From Candidatus Saccharimonadales bacterium (GTDB lineage: Bacteria; Patescibacteriota; Saccharimonadia; Saccharimonadales; JACQNP01), in NCBI GenBank assembly GCA_041742395.1, contig JBGSIS010000024.1, positions 1-61,400 of the forward strand: 61,400 bases of DNA, read 5' to 3'. Made by a program: the position numbers and the translations under genes. Positions 28,996 through 37,680 of this stretch are shown here, in pieces; positions within the stretch are counted from its first letter, which is position 1, and each line of letters opens with the position of its first letter. Under the pieces are notes generated by a model, which saw only the letters and a list, made by a program, of their open reading frames with translations, made no database searches and had not been told where the DNA came from.

Positions 28996-31200
28996 ATGGC
29001 AAAAAAGAAAAAACAAACTAGAACTAGAAAACCAAAATTAGAAGAAGCCGAAAAAGAGAAGTCGGCATTTTGGTCGATTACTGGTTCAGTGCTTTTAATG
29101 ATCGTTGGTATTTTTTTAATATTGGGTATGTTTGGCACCGGAGGCTCGCTTCCTACCTATATGTATGGCGTATTTTTTGGAGTTCTTGGTTTTGGTGCGG
29201 TGCTTGCTCCAGTAGCTGCGGTTTACTGGGGCTACTTAAAGTTCAGAAATGAAGATCGAAGGATTCCGTTATCAAAACTTGTTGGGATGACTCTACTTAT
29301 AATTTCTGTTGCAAGTTTTATGCATGTAGTTACCGCATCAAGAGAAACACTGACTGATACATTTACTGGTGGAAATGGTGGAGGACTTGGAGAAGTTTTG
29401 GGCGGCGCAGTTTTGAATGCTCTTGATAAAATTCCTGCAGCAATTGCGTTTTTTGTAATTGCGCTATTTTCATTTTTCTGGACTTTTGGTATATCTCCAA
29501 AAATTCTTCTAAAGCCATTTGAGAGGAATAAGGATAAAGATACTGACATTGAAGACCTGAAGAAAAACGATACTGGGTTTAAACTCAACGAGGGTGTACC
29601 AGTTGTACATCATACTCGTGATGAGAAAAATAAAATGTCTAATGCCAAGAACTTACCCCAAAAGCCGTTAAATATCGAAACTCATAATGAACATGCTCTT
29701 ACTGTTGCAAGTGACCCTGACTGGAAGTACCCAGACCAAAAGTTACTTAATCAAAAACAAGATAAAGCAGATGCAGGCGATATACAGGGAAACGCTACTA
29801 TCATAAAAGAGACTTTCGAAAACTTTAATTTCAATGTTGAAATGGAGGGGGCAAATATTGGTCCTAGAATAACTCAATTTACTTTAAGGCCTCCAACTGG
29901 AGTAAAACTTACTAAACTAACGGCATTAGAGAATAATCTTGCTTTAGACTTGGCAGCTACATCAATTCGTATGGAGGCACCAATACCAGGAAAGCGACTA
30001 GTGGGAATTGAAGTGCCTAATATAAAATCAGCAACAGTTACTATACATGGCATATTAAACAGTCGGGAATGGCAATCAGTTAATAGTCCTCTTGGCTTTG
30101 CGATTGGTAAGGGTATTTCTGGAGCGCCAATAGTTGCAGATCTAGAAGAAATGCCACACCTTTTGATTGCTGGTCAAACCAAATCAGGTAAGTCAGTTAT
30201 GATAAACACGCTTTTAGGAAGCTTACTTTACAGGAATAGCCCGTCTGACCTTAAATTGATTTTAATTGATCCTAAGCATGTAGAAATGGCTCCTTACGAA
30301 GATATACCGCACCTTATTGCACCTGTGATAACTGATTCTGAAAAAAGTATTAGCGCTTTAAAATGGACTGTTGCAGAAATGGAAAGAAGACTAAAGACTT
30401 TTGCGGGGGTTAAGCAGCGAGATATCCAAGGATACAATAAACTTAAGAAAGAAGAAGGCATGCCGTATATAGTAGTTGTTATAGATGAACTTGCCGATCT
30501 TATGATGATGGCCGCGCGCGATGTTGAATCGTTAGTCGTTAGAATTGCTCAGAAAGCTAGAGCTGCTGGAATACATTTAGTTCTTGCTACTCAACGTCCA
30601 GATGCTAGCACAGTTACAGGTCTTATTAAGGCAAACGTACCGGCTCGAATAGCTTTTGCAGTCCAGGATCAAATAAACAGTCGCATTATTATAGATTCTA
30701 TGGGTGCTGAAAAACTATTAGGTAAGGGAGATATGCTTTATAAGACTACTGATATCCCTCGTCCAATTCGTGTTCAGGGAGCGCTTATAACAGGCGAAGA
30801 GACTAATAAATTATGTGATTTTCTAAGAATGCAAAGACCACCAAACTATAATGACGATGTAATGTCTCAACCTGTACAGTTGAGTGGACGAGGTGGACTT
30901 CTTGCTAATGATCACGGTGGCTCAGAAACTGATAGTGAAATATATAAAGACGCAGTAAGCGTAGTTATAGATGGCGGAAAAGCCAGCACTAGCTTGCTTC
31001 AGCGTAGACTAAGAATTGGATACGGCAAGGCCGCTAGGTTAATTGAGACAATGGAAGAACAGGGAATAATTAGTTCTGCTGACGGAAATAGGCCCAGAGA
31101 AGTATTAGTTAGTTCGCTAGATGACGTATTTGGCTCTACAGGTTCTCCATCAGATGACGAACTTTATGACGAAAATTTTCCAGAAGAAAAACTTAGCTAG
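28996..31200 (+). CDS. ftsK: DNA translocase FtsK/SpoIIIE
   Basis: N-terminal TM helices. Walker A GQTKSGKSVMINT, Walker B VVVIDELADL. C-terminal gamma winged helix (LLQRRLRIGYGKAARLIE.ME..GI). Confidence 0.92.
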   Translation: MAKKKKQTRTRKPKLEEAEKEKSAFWSITGSVLLMIVGIFLILGMFGTGGSLPTYMYGVFFGVLGFGAVLAPVAAVYWGYLKFRNEDRRIPLSKLVGMTLLIISVASFMHVVTASRETLTDTFTGGNGGGLGEVLGGAVLNALDKIPAAIAFFVIALFSFFWTFGISPKILLKPFERNKDKDTDIEDLKKNDTGFKLNEGVPVVHHTRDEKNKMSNAKNLPQKPLNIETHNEHALTVASDPDWKYPDQKLLNQKQDKADAGDIQGNATIIKETFENFNFNVEMEGANIGPRITQFTLRPPTGVKLTKLTALENNLALDLAATSIRMEAPIPGKRLVGIEVPNIKSATVTIHGILNSREWQSVNSPLGFAIGKGISGAPIVADLEEMPHLLIAGQTKSGKSVMINTLLGSLLYRNSPSDLKLILIDPKHVEMAPYEDIPHLIAPVITDSEKSISALKWTVAEMERRLKTFAGVKQRDIQGYNKLKKEEGMPYIVVVIDELADLMMMAARDVESLVVRIAQKARAAGIHLVLATQRPDASTVTGLIKANVPARIAFAVQDQINSRIIIDSMGAEKLLGKGDMLYKTTDIPRPIRVQGALITGEETNKLCDFLRMQRPPNYNDDVMSQPVQLSGRGGLLANDHGGSETDSEIYKDAVSVVIDGGKASTSLLQRRLRIGYGKAARLIETMEEQGIISSADGNRPREVLVSSLDDVFGSTGSPSDDELYDENFPEEKLS

Positions 31201-31900
31201 CAATTTGCCAGCGGTAGTCGATTATTTTGTCGGCTGCAATTCTACCTAATCTTTTTGCAACAATTCGTGGCGGTCCGCTTATGTCTACAATTCTATGTTC
31301 TTCGGGTATTGATTCTTGTTTTACAAGTAATTGTTCGTATGAGCTGAAATGCTTGTGTAATATCTCAAACATAATTTCTTCGCCAATAATATCTTGACCA
31401 TTAAACCCTTCTTTTAAAATTGAAGGATTGTTTTTTACGAATTCACGTCTTTTTTTCTGAATCTTTTCCCATTGAATGGTTTTTCGGGCTGTTTTAAATA
31501 AATTTTTAGCAACATGCCAAGATTCAATGCGATATTGCATTACCTCTCTATCGGGAACTGGTGGAGGAAGAGTGACTCTATGAAGAACGTTTTCGAACTC
31601 TCTCAAGACAATACCCGTACTGATCGGAAGATTTATGAATTTATAGGGTATATAATCTCCGTTCAATCTTGAAGATGTATACCAGTTATCTGGCCATTGA
31701 AAGTGATGTAGGCTTGTTTGGTTATCCCATTCATAACTTGGGTCGATACATGCTTTTACTAATTCAATTGTCGCATGTATATCAACAACACCGTTGTGGT
31801 CTAATTCTGTTGGGATTCTATCTGAATACTTTTTGGGCAGATAAAGAAAGGCATCTCTTGGTGGCAGCCCTACATCTTCGTGCAAGACTTCGCCACTCAC
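31193..31900 (-). CDS. hypothetical protein
   Basis: 235-aa ORF convergent with ftsK (8-nt overlap). No family recognised (HHFQWPDNWY, LPPPVPDREV). Confidence 0.5.
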   Translation of the reverse strand: MSGEVLHEDVGLPPRDAFLYLPKKYSDRIPTELDHNGVVDIHATIELVKACIDPSYEWDNQTSLHHFQWPDNWYTSSRLNGDYIPYKFINLPISTGIVLREFENVLHRVTLPPPVPDREVMQYRIESWHVAKNLFKTARKTIQWEKIQKKRREFVKNNPSILKEGFNGQDIIGEEIMFEILHKHFSSYEQLLVKQESIPEEHRIVDISGPPRIVAKRLGRIAADKIIDYRWQIAS

Positions 31901-31977
31901 CTTTAAATTAGCTTTCTATTTTTTACTTGGATCATCTTAACTAATTAAAACAATTTTTTATTCATATATCAACCGTA

Positions 31978-32006
31978 TTGACTAACAGAGGTAAATGAGG
32001 TAAAAT
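31978..32006 (+). promoter_or_regulatory. rpsF operon promoter (TTGACT-17-TAAAAT) followed by a ~65-nt leader
   Basis: TTGACT 31978-31983, 17-nt spacer, TAAAAT 32001-32006. The leader ends in the strong SD GAGGAGG before the ATG at 32072. Confidence 0.55.
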
Positions 32007-32071
32007 TGTTACATTATTAACTCGGCTTGCAACATATGTGGGTGCAGGCTTTAACCAGAGGAGGATTCTAA

Positions 32072-32455
32072 ATGAATCAATACGAAATAGCCGTGTTGTA
32101 TCACCCGAGTCTAGAAGTTGATTTGACGAAAGCTGAAGAGCGCGTTAAAAAAATCTTTTCAGACAATGGCGGTAAGGTTACAGATACGGATAATTGGGGC
32201 AAACGTAAGCTTGCATACCCTATTAAGAAAGAAGAACATGCCGTATATGTTTTTTATAAAGTAGACTTAACAGGTGAAAGTGTTAAAAAGGTTGAGTCAA
32301 CCCTTAATATTACTGATGAGGTTATTCGTTATCTAATTGTTCGTCCAGACTTAAAAGCAATCGATAAGGCTGAAAAAACCAAAGCCGAAAAAGCTAAAAA
32401 AGCTGCTGAACGAGCAAGCAACAACGATCGAGAAGAAGCAGAAGAAGACGAGTAG
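32072..32455 (+). CDS. rpsF: 30S ribosomal protein S6
   Basis: MNQYEIAVLYHPSLE...WGKRKLAYPI. Acidic C-terminus. Confidence 0.92.
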   Translation: MNQYEIAVLYHPSLEVDLTKAEERVKKIFSDNGGKVTDTDNWGKRKLAYPIKKEEHAVYVFYKVDLTGESVKKVESTLNITDEVIRYLIVRPDLKAIDKAEKTKAEKAKKAAERASNNDREEAEEDE

Positions 32456-32476
32456 ATTTAAGAATAGGAGTAAACA

Positions 32477-32932
32477 ATGGCACGAAGTCTCAATCAAGTA
32501 ACAATCATGGGTAACTTAACAAGAGACCCAGAGCTAAGACAAACACCTAACGGCCAAAGTGTATGCAGCTTTAGTCTGGCACTAAATAGAAGCTACAAAG
32601 ATTCTAGTGGTGAGTGGCAAGAAGCCACAGACTATATAGATGTAGTTGCTTGGTCAACTCTAGCTGAAAGAATCGCTCAATACCTTAGTAAGGGTAGACG
32701 TGCCTTAGTGCAAGGTAGACTGCAAAGCAGAAACTGGGAGCAAGATGGACAAAAGAGGAGTAAAGTAGAAGTTTTAGCTAATGACGTTACTTTCTTAGAT
32801 AGTCGCGGTGGCGGTGATTCGAGTAATGAGACTAATGAAGAAGCTCCAAAAAAATCTAATTCAAGTAAAAAAGATACAGTTGTCGAAGACATTGGCGATG
32901 AACCAATCAACCTTGACGACATCCCATTTTAG
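32477..32932 (+). CDS. ssb: single-stranded DNA-binding protein
   Basis: OB-fold N-terminus NQVTIMGNLTRDPELRQTPNG. C-terminal acidic tip DDIPF. Confidence 0.92.
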   Translation: MARSLNQVTIMGNLTRDPELRQTPNGQSVCSFSLALNRSYKDSSGEWQEATDYIDVVAWSTLAERIAQYLSKGRRALVQGRLQSRNWEQDGQKRSKVEVLANDVTFLDSRGGGDSSNETNEEAPKKSNSSKKDTVVEDIGDEPINLDDIPF

Positions 32933-32945
32933 AAAGGAATATTAT

Positions 32946-33149
32946 ATGGCGAAGATTTTTAAACACCGAACAGATGTAGCATATTTTGACTACAAAGATT
33001 TCAAGACATTACAAAGATATGTAAACGGTTTTGGGCAAATTGAAACACGTAAGAAAACTGGTCTTAAAGAGAACGAACAGAGAAAACTAGCAGCTGCAAT
33101 CAAGCGTGCTAGACATATTGCTCTATTACCATTTGTATCTAATAATTAA
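32946..33149 (+). CDS. rpsR: 30S ribosomal protein S18
   Basis: DYKDFKTLQRYV...G.I..RK.TGL....QRKLA.AIKRAR..ALLPF. The true start is the ATG at 32946. The track ORF from 32808 is an overlap extension into ssb. Confidence 0.9.
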   Translation: MAKIFKHRTDVAYFDYKDFKTLQRYVNGFGQIETRKKTGLKENEQRKLAAAIKRARHIALLPFVSNN

Positions 33150-33160
33150 TTTTTATTCAA

Positions 33161-33577
33161 ATGTCTGAACTTGAAATTGCAATTTGTGTAATTGAGCAAG
33201 AGAGTAATTACTTATTTCAGTTCCGTAACGGAGACCCTAGTATTGGGGCGGTTGGGCTTTTTGGATGCTATGGTGGTAAAGTTGAAAAAAACGAAAACCC
33301 TATACAGGCGATCATTAGAGAATTATCAGAAGAAACAAACATTTCACTAAACTTAGAAAGTTTAAGTAAACTTGGTGAGGTTACGGTAGAATCTGATTAT
33401 AAAAATAAACCAATTATAGTTAAGGCTTATGTTTTTTTAACCATTCTAGATAGTAAACATAAGGTTATTTCAAAAGAAGGTAAGCTTTTCGCTATTCATA
33501 AAGATAAGATAAAAGAATATTATGACAAGATGACCCCAGCAACCTCTGAGACTTTTAAGAAACTAATGGAAGGATAA
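33161..33577 (+). CDS. NUDIX hydrolase
   Basis: Nudix box GGKVEKNENPIQAIIRELSEETN. Confidence 0.8.
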   Translation: MSELEIAICVIEQESNYLFQFRNGDPSIGAVGLFGCYGGKVEKNENPIQAIIRELSEETNISLNLESLSKLGEVTVESDYKNKPIIVKAYVFLTILDSKHKVISKEGKLFAIHKDKIKEYYDKMTPATSETFKKLMEG

Positions 33578-33580
33578 ATA

Positions 33581-34144
33581 ATGGCGTTTGGAATAACAGA
33601 TTTAAAAAAAGGAACACTTTTTGTATATGAGGGTCAGCCATATAAGGTAACAGAATATTCTCAGAAAGTTATGGGTCGAGGCGGGTCAATTGTAAACGTC
33701 AAAATTAAGAGTTTAATCGATGGAAAAGTTTTAGATAAAACTTTTAAGGGTAACGAATCAATTGAGCCAGCAGATGTGACTAACCAAACTGTTCAATATC
33801 TTTATAATGACGCTTCAGTATATTATTTTATGAACGAGGAAACCTACGATCAAATAGAAGTTTCAACAGACATGATTGGCGATCAGTCTGGTTTCATGAA
33901 AGAGGGTGACAAAGTAATTGCCCAAAGTTTTGATGGAAAAGTAATTAATATTGAATTTCCAAAAAATGTCCCATTAAAAGTAATTTACGCTGAAGACGTA
34001 GTAAAAGGTGATACTACAAGTAACGTAATGAAAGACGCAGAGCTAGAAACAGGCATAACTATCAAAGTTCCAGCTTTTGTTAAAACTGGCGATCTCGTAA
34101 GTGTTGATACAACAACTGGCGCATACCGTGAACGCGTAAAGTAA
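33581..34144 (+). CDS. efp: elongation factor P (Arg at loop tip)
   Basis: DLKKGTLFVYEGQPYKV.EY. The beta3-beta4 loop reads KVMGRGGS, aligning Arg where E. coli has Lys34. Confidence 0.9.
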   Translation: MAFGITDLKKGTLFVYEGQPYKVTEYSQKVMGRGGSIVNVKIKSLIDGKVLDKTFKGNESIEPADVTNQTVQYLYNDASVYYFMNEETYDQIEVSTDMIGDQSGFMKEGDKVIAQSFDGKVINIEFPKNVPLKVIYAEDVVKGDTTSNVMKDAELETGITIKVPAFVKTGDLVSVDTTTGAYRERVK

Positions 34145-34151
34145 TTTTAAA

Positions 34152-34886
34152 ATGAACAAAATCAGACTAGATAATTTATTAGTAGCAAGAGGATTGATGC
34201 AAAATCGCTCAAAGGCGGAAAATTCAATCAAGCTAGGTGAGGTTCTGGTCGAAGGAAGGTCAATTACTAAACCTGGTTTTTTTGTTCGAGAAGACGCAAA
34301 GGTTGAAGTTAAATCCAATGGAATATACGTATCTAGAGCTGCATTAAAACTAAAGTCTGTAAGTGAAGCACTTGGCGCTTACTTCAAAGACAAAACTGTG
34401 TTAGACGTTGGTTCATCAACTGGTGGGTTTACGGATTTTGCGTTGCAAAACGGTGCAAAAAAAGTTTATGCAGTTGAGCTCGGTACGGAGCAGATGGATA
34501 AAATTCTTAAGCAAGATCCAAAAATTGAGCTTTATGAAAAAACTGACATTAGAGATTTTACTGAAAAGTTCGAGGGAAAAATTCAGGTTGATGTAATAGT
34601 TATAGACGTTTCTTTCGTTAGTTTAAGGAGTATTTTACCTTCACTCTTAAGAGTTTCGAATAAAAGTACAAAAATTTATGCAATGGTAAAGCCTCAGTTT
34701 GAAGCTGTAAATTCAGACCTCAAACACAAAGGCGTAATAAAGAACGACAAGATTAGGCGTCAAATTCTAAAAGACTTTGAAATATGGGCACAGGGTAAGT
34801 TTGTGATAGTGGATAAAGCCGACTCAAAAATAGCGGGTGCGAAAGGTAACCTAGAGCGATTCTATCATCTTAAATTCAAGAGTTAG
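34152..34886 (+). CDS. tlyA: TlyA-family rRNA 2-prime-O-methyltransferase
   Basis: S4 domain RLDNLLVARGL..RSKAE..I..G.V.V. FtsJ-like SAM motif VLDVGSSTGGFTDFAL. Confidence 0.85.
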   Translation: MNKIRLDNLLVARGLMQNRSKAENSIKLGEVLVEGRSITKPGFFVREDAKVEVKSNGIYVSRAALKLKSVSEALGAYFKDKTVLDVGSSTGGFTDFALQNGAKKVYAVELGTEQMDKILKQDPKIELYEKTDIRDFTEKFEGKIQVDVIVIDVSFVSLRSILPSLLRVSNKSTKIYAMVKPQFEAVNSDLKHKGVIKNDKIRRQILKDFEIWAQGKFVIVDKADSKIAGAKGNLERFYHLKFKS

Positions 34887-34914
34887 ATCAAATCGCTTAT
34901 GCTATAATTTTTAC

Positions 34915-35571
34915 ATGTATTTTAATAACAGGGCCGAAGCCGGTAGATTACTGGCTAAGTTACTTAATGACTATGGAACTCAGAATACGGCTGTAGTTTC
35001 GCTCAATACTGGTGGAGTATTGGTGGGAGCGCAAATTGCCATGAAGATACATGCTTCATTGAATATGTTACTGACAAAAGATATATTTCTTCCGGGTGAA
35101 AATGATCCACTTGGAGCAGTTTCATCAGGAAATATATTTACTTATAATCGAATGTTTTCAGTAGGTCAGTTAGATGAAATGATCCAGGATTACCACAGTT
35201 ACATTGAACAATCCAGGATGCAAGGATTACACGAACTGAATGTCATATTGGGTAGCGACGGAGAAATAGATAAGCATAAACTGCAAAGAAAAGTAATTAT
35301 TCTAACTTCTGATGGTTTTCAGAATGGTTTTAGTCTAGATGTAGCAGCAGATTTCCTAAAGCCAGTTAATGTGAAAAAGATTGTAATTGCGGCCCCGTTC
35401 GCAACTATAAATGCCTTGGATAGAATACATCTTTTGGCAGATGAAATACATTGTTTGGATATTATTGATAATTTTCTAGGAACTGATCACTATTATGATG
35501 ACAACACTATGCCTAAAACTGATGACTTATTAAAGGTGATTAGAAATACGCCTATTCATTGGCATAGATAA
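34915..35571 (+). CDS. phosphoribosyltransferase-like protein (degenerate PRPP motif)
   Basis: FNNRAEAGRLLA..L and VVSLNTGGVLVGAQIA resemble the putative-PRTase family. The PRPP loop reads VIILTSDGFQNG. Extended -10 TGcTATAAT lies 6 nt before the ATG. Confidence 0.5.
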   Translation: MYFNNRAEAGRLLAKLLNDYGTQNTAVVSLNTGGVLVGAQIAMKIHASLNMLLTKDIFLPGENDPLGAVSSGNIFTYNRMFSVGQLDEMIQDYHSYIEQSRMQGLHELNVILGSDGEIDKHKLQRKVIILTSDGFQNGFSLDVAADFLKPVNVKKIVIAAPFATINALDRIHLLADEIHCLDIIDNFLGTDHYYDDNTMPKTDDLLKVIRNTPIHWHR

Positions 35572-35667
35572 TACTTGCATAAGCGCAATAAATGATGTAT
35601 CGTTTAGACATAAAGACTTAAAAACGCACATCTAAAAATAAATAAAAATAAAAAAGGGAAAGCAAAT

Positions 35668-36597
35668 ATGAAATATTCATATTTGTATGGTTCTGTTGGC
35701 AAGCCATTGGCTTATCAGAATGTTCCGTACAAAAACAAAAAGTTTTTAATTGTTTCAATTGTATTGTTATTGGTGTTTATAATTGGAACATCAGTTTCGC
35801 AGTTTACCAAAACAAACTACAACATTGTTGAAGCTTCTCCTAACAATCTTACTGTCCAAAATAATGAGAGCACCGTTAATGAAGCTCTCGAATCAAATGA
35901 TCAAGTTACAGAAGCTGAGGTCGCTACTAACTACACCATAGATATTAGTCCTTGGTTGGCTACGCACAAAGGTGACTATTCAGTTGCGGTTTTTGATGGC
36001 GAAAACAAAATCGTAAACCACCAAACGAATAAACAGTTTTATATGGCTAGTATCTATAAACTATACACAGCTTATATTGGTTACCAAAAAATTGATTCCG
36101 GAGAATGGAATGAAAACGAAATATATATGAATGGTTGGACCAGGGGAAAGTGTCTAACTGAGATGATCAGAACATCGAATAACGAATGTGGAGAGAAAAT
36201 GGCTTCTGAAATCGGGTATGCATTTTTGCAAACGAAACTTAAGTACTACGGCATGTTAAATACTTCATTTGATTATGATTTTGTTACTACAGTAGATGAT
36301 GCTTCAATTGTATTGAAGAGAATTTACGATAAAATGGATTTAAGTGAAGATTCAACTAATAAACTAATTGATTCAATGAAGCTCCAGATTCATAGAGACG
36401 TTCTACCAAGAGGTCTGGGAGGCGATTGGCAAGTTAGTAATAAAGTTGGTTTTAGAAGCTCTGATGCTATTTATAACGACGTAGGTATTGCTACAAACAA
36501 AGACGGCAAGGCTATAATTTTTAGTATTTTCAGCAAGGATGCGGGGACTAACAACTTATCTAATTTGGCAAGTTATATAAGAGAAAATCTAAAATAA
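35668..36597 (+). CDS. membrane-anchored serine hydrolase (class A beta-lactamase / PBP-like)
   Basis: N-terminal TM FLIVSIVLLLVFIIGT. SxxK motif ASIYK. KVG (KTG-like) near the C-terminus (NKVGF). Confidence 0.6.
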   Translation: MKYSYLYGSVGKPLAYQNVPYKNKKFLIVSIVLLLVFIIGTSVSQFTKTNYNIVEASPNNLTVQNNESTVNEALESNDQVTEAEVATNYTIDISPWLATHKGDYSVAVFDGENKIVNHQTNKQFYMASIYKLYTAYIGYQKIDSGEWNENEIYMNGWTRGKCLTEMIRTSNNECGEKMASEIGYAFLQTKLKYYGMLNTSFDYDFVTTVDDASIVLKRIYDKMDLSEDSTNKLIDSMKLQIHRDVLPRGLGGDWQVSNKVGFRSSDAIYNDVGIATNKDGKAIIFSIFSKDAGTNNLSNLASYIRENLK

Positions 36598-37680
36598 TTA
36601 TTTAGTAACATTAAACCTAAATTCGACTACATCATTGGGTTGCATGACGTAATCTTTGCCTTCGGTTCTGACTTTACCAGAAGATTTGGCAGCTTGTTCT
36701 GACCCAGATTCTATTAGATCGTTGTAGTCCACGACTTGAGCAGCTATAAATCCTTTCTCAAAATCTCCATGAATTACTCCGGCGGCTTGAGGAGCAGTGT
36801 GTCCTTTTTTTATTGTCCAAGCCCTGACTTCTTGTTCGCCAGCTGTTAGATAGCTCTGTAGTCCTAGAATGTCATATGCATTGTGAATTACCTTTACCAG
36901 TCCAGACTCATTTACTCCGTAGCTTTCTAATAATTCTAGTCGATCGGGTTCGTCTAGTCCTCTTAACTCACTTTCAATTTTGGCGCAGACAAATAATGCA
37001 TGAGAAGATCCCACTAAATTCTGGAGTTCTTTTTTCTTTGCATCATCACTAAGTGTTTCTTCGTCGACATTGAATAGGTATATGACTGGCTTCATAGTCA
37101 AAAGATGTAAATCCTGAACATATTCTTCGTTAATTTTTTCGCCCGACCCAGAAAGGGGCGTGTCATTATCTAGAATTGATTTAATTTTTATCAGTTCATC
37201 AACTTGTGGTTTTAGTTTAGGATTAGACTTTGCTTCTTTTTGAATTTTTGGCAGTCTGTTTTCTACGGTCTGCAAGTCAGCCAAGACAAGTTCGGTATTG
37301 ATTACCTCAATATCTTTTTGGGGTGAGCGGTTATTATCGACATGTTGAACATCTGAATCTTCAAACGCTCGAACAACATGACAAATAGCATTACAGCTTC
37401 TAATATTTGCTAAAAATTGATTACCTAGTCCTTCACCTTTGCTGGCGCCGGCAACTAATCCGGCAATATCTACAAAAGTTACAGTCGCAGGCTTGATTGG
37501 CGCATTGCTGTACATTTCACTAAGTTTGTTAAGGCGATTATCTGGTACTGGTACTATTCCAGTATTTGGCTCAATTGTGGCAAAAGGGTAGTTTGCCGCC
37601 AATATATTATTGTCAGTTAGTGCGTTAAAAAGCGTAGATTTGCCTACATTTGGTAATCCTACTATTCCAATGCTTAGCAT
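36598..37680 (-). CDS. ychF: ribosome-binding ATPase YchF
   Basis: MLSIGIVGLPNVGKSTLFNALT G1 motif, DIAGLV, TGS-like C-terminal domain. Confidence 0.95.
   Translation of the reverse strand: MLSIGIVGLPNVGKSTLFNALTDNNILAANYPFATIEPNTGIVPVPDNRLNKLSEMYSNAPIKPATVTFVDIAGLVAGASKGEGLGNQFLANIRSCNAICHVVRAFEDSDVQHVDNNRSPQKDIEVINTELVLADLQTVENRLPKIQKEAKSNPKLKPQVDELIKIKSILDNDTPLSGSGEKINEEYVQDLHLLTMKPVIYLFNVDEETLSDDAKKKELQNLVGSSHALFVCAKIESELRGLDEPDRLELLESYGVNESGLVKVIHNAYDILGLQSYLTAGEQEVRAWTIKKGHTAPQAAGVIHGDFEKGFIAAQVVDYNDLIESGSEQAAKSSGKVRTEGKDYVMQPNDVVEFRFNVTK

Noticed and set aside
28860-29138. The minus-strand 92-aa ORF spanning the ftsK start region.
   Set aside because: It runs across the terminator palindrome, the ftsK promoter (TGGTATAAT) and the ftsK 5-prime coding region. 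The translation is hydrophobic junk with no start signal.
32808-32945. An N-terminal extension of rpsR (track ORF 32808..33149).
   Set aside because: The extension overlaps the ssb C-terminus in another frame. Canonical S18 sequence begins at the ATG at 32946, which is preceded by an SD-like GAAAGGAA.
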